Positions 46,081 to 46,081 of a stretch of 46,081 bases of DNA are shown here, piece after piece; within the stretch, counting starts at the first letter, position 1, and every line of letters begins with the position of its first letter. Below the pieces are notes generated by a model. That model made no database searches, was not told the DNA's origin, and saw only the letters and a list, made by a program, of their open reading frames with translations. The position numbers were made by a program, and so were the translations under genes. This stretch comes from Vescimonas sp. (GTDB lineage Bacteria > Bacillota > Clostridia > Oscillospirales > Oscillospiraceae): the NCBI GenBank assembly GCA_045543255.1, contig JAZQMH010000109.1, forward strand, positions 1 through 46,081, read 5' to 3'.

Positions 46081-46081
46081 C

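Noticed and set aside
1-46081. CRISPR arrays, tRNA/rRNA, integrases, transposases, defence systems
   Set aside because: No regularly spaced repeats, RNA gene signatures or recombinase motifs were seen; intergenic gaps are short and accounted for.

Overview
GC-rich Firmicutes (Clostridia, probably Oscillospiraceae-like; inferred from gene content and codon usage) chromosomal segment with no rRNA, tRNA, CRISPR or transposase seen. In order: (1) the tail of a reductive 2-hydroxyacyl-CoA (Stickland-like) operon: family III CoA transferase, D-2-hydroxyacid dehydrogenase, acyl-CoA dehydrogenase, etfB, etfA, then a FadR regulator and a lipoprotein; (2) a minus-strand cysK-cysE-NhaC/MetT-like operon; (3) ZIP transporter, nitrilase, HD hydrolase, TetR and a small membrane protein; (4) a ~29 kb sugar catabolism island with 5 Gfo/Idh/MocA oxidoreductases, 4 AP-endonuclease-2/xylose-isomerase-like TIM barrels, DeoC, ROK kinase, NanE, ManA, a NagB-like protein, DeoR, a GldA/F/G-DUF4340 ABC module, a sugar ABC importer, MFS, AraC and an Fe-S flavoenzyme, but no glycoside hydrolase; (5) blaI-blaR1-like pair with an unusual sensor; (6) a second, partial etfA. 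The standout observation is upstream of cysK: a 33-codon leader peptide with 7 Met and 6 Cys, its own promoter and RBS, an intrinsic terminator and a mutually exclusive antiterminator helix. This is the full architecture of a ribosome-stalling attenuator that could sense both sulfur amino acids, in place of the T-box/S-box usual in Firmicutes. All calls come from reading the sequence; no searches were run.
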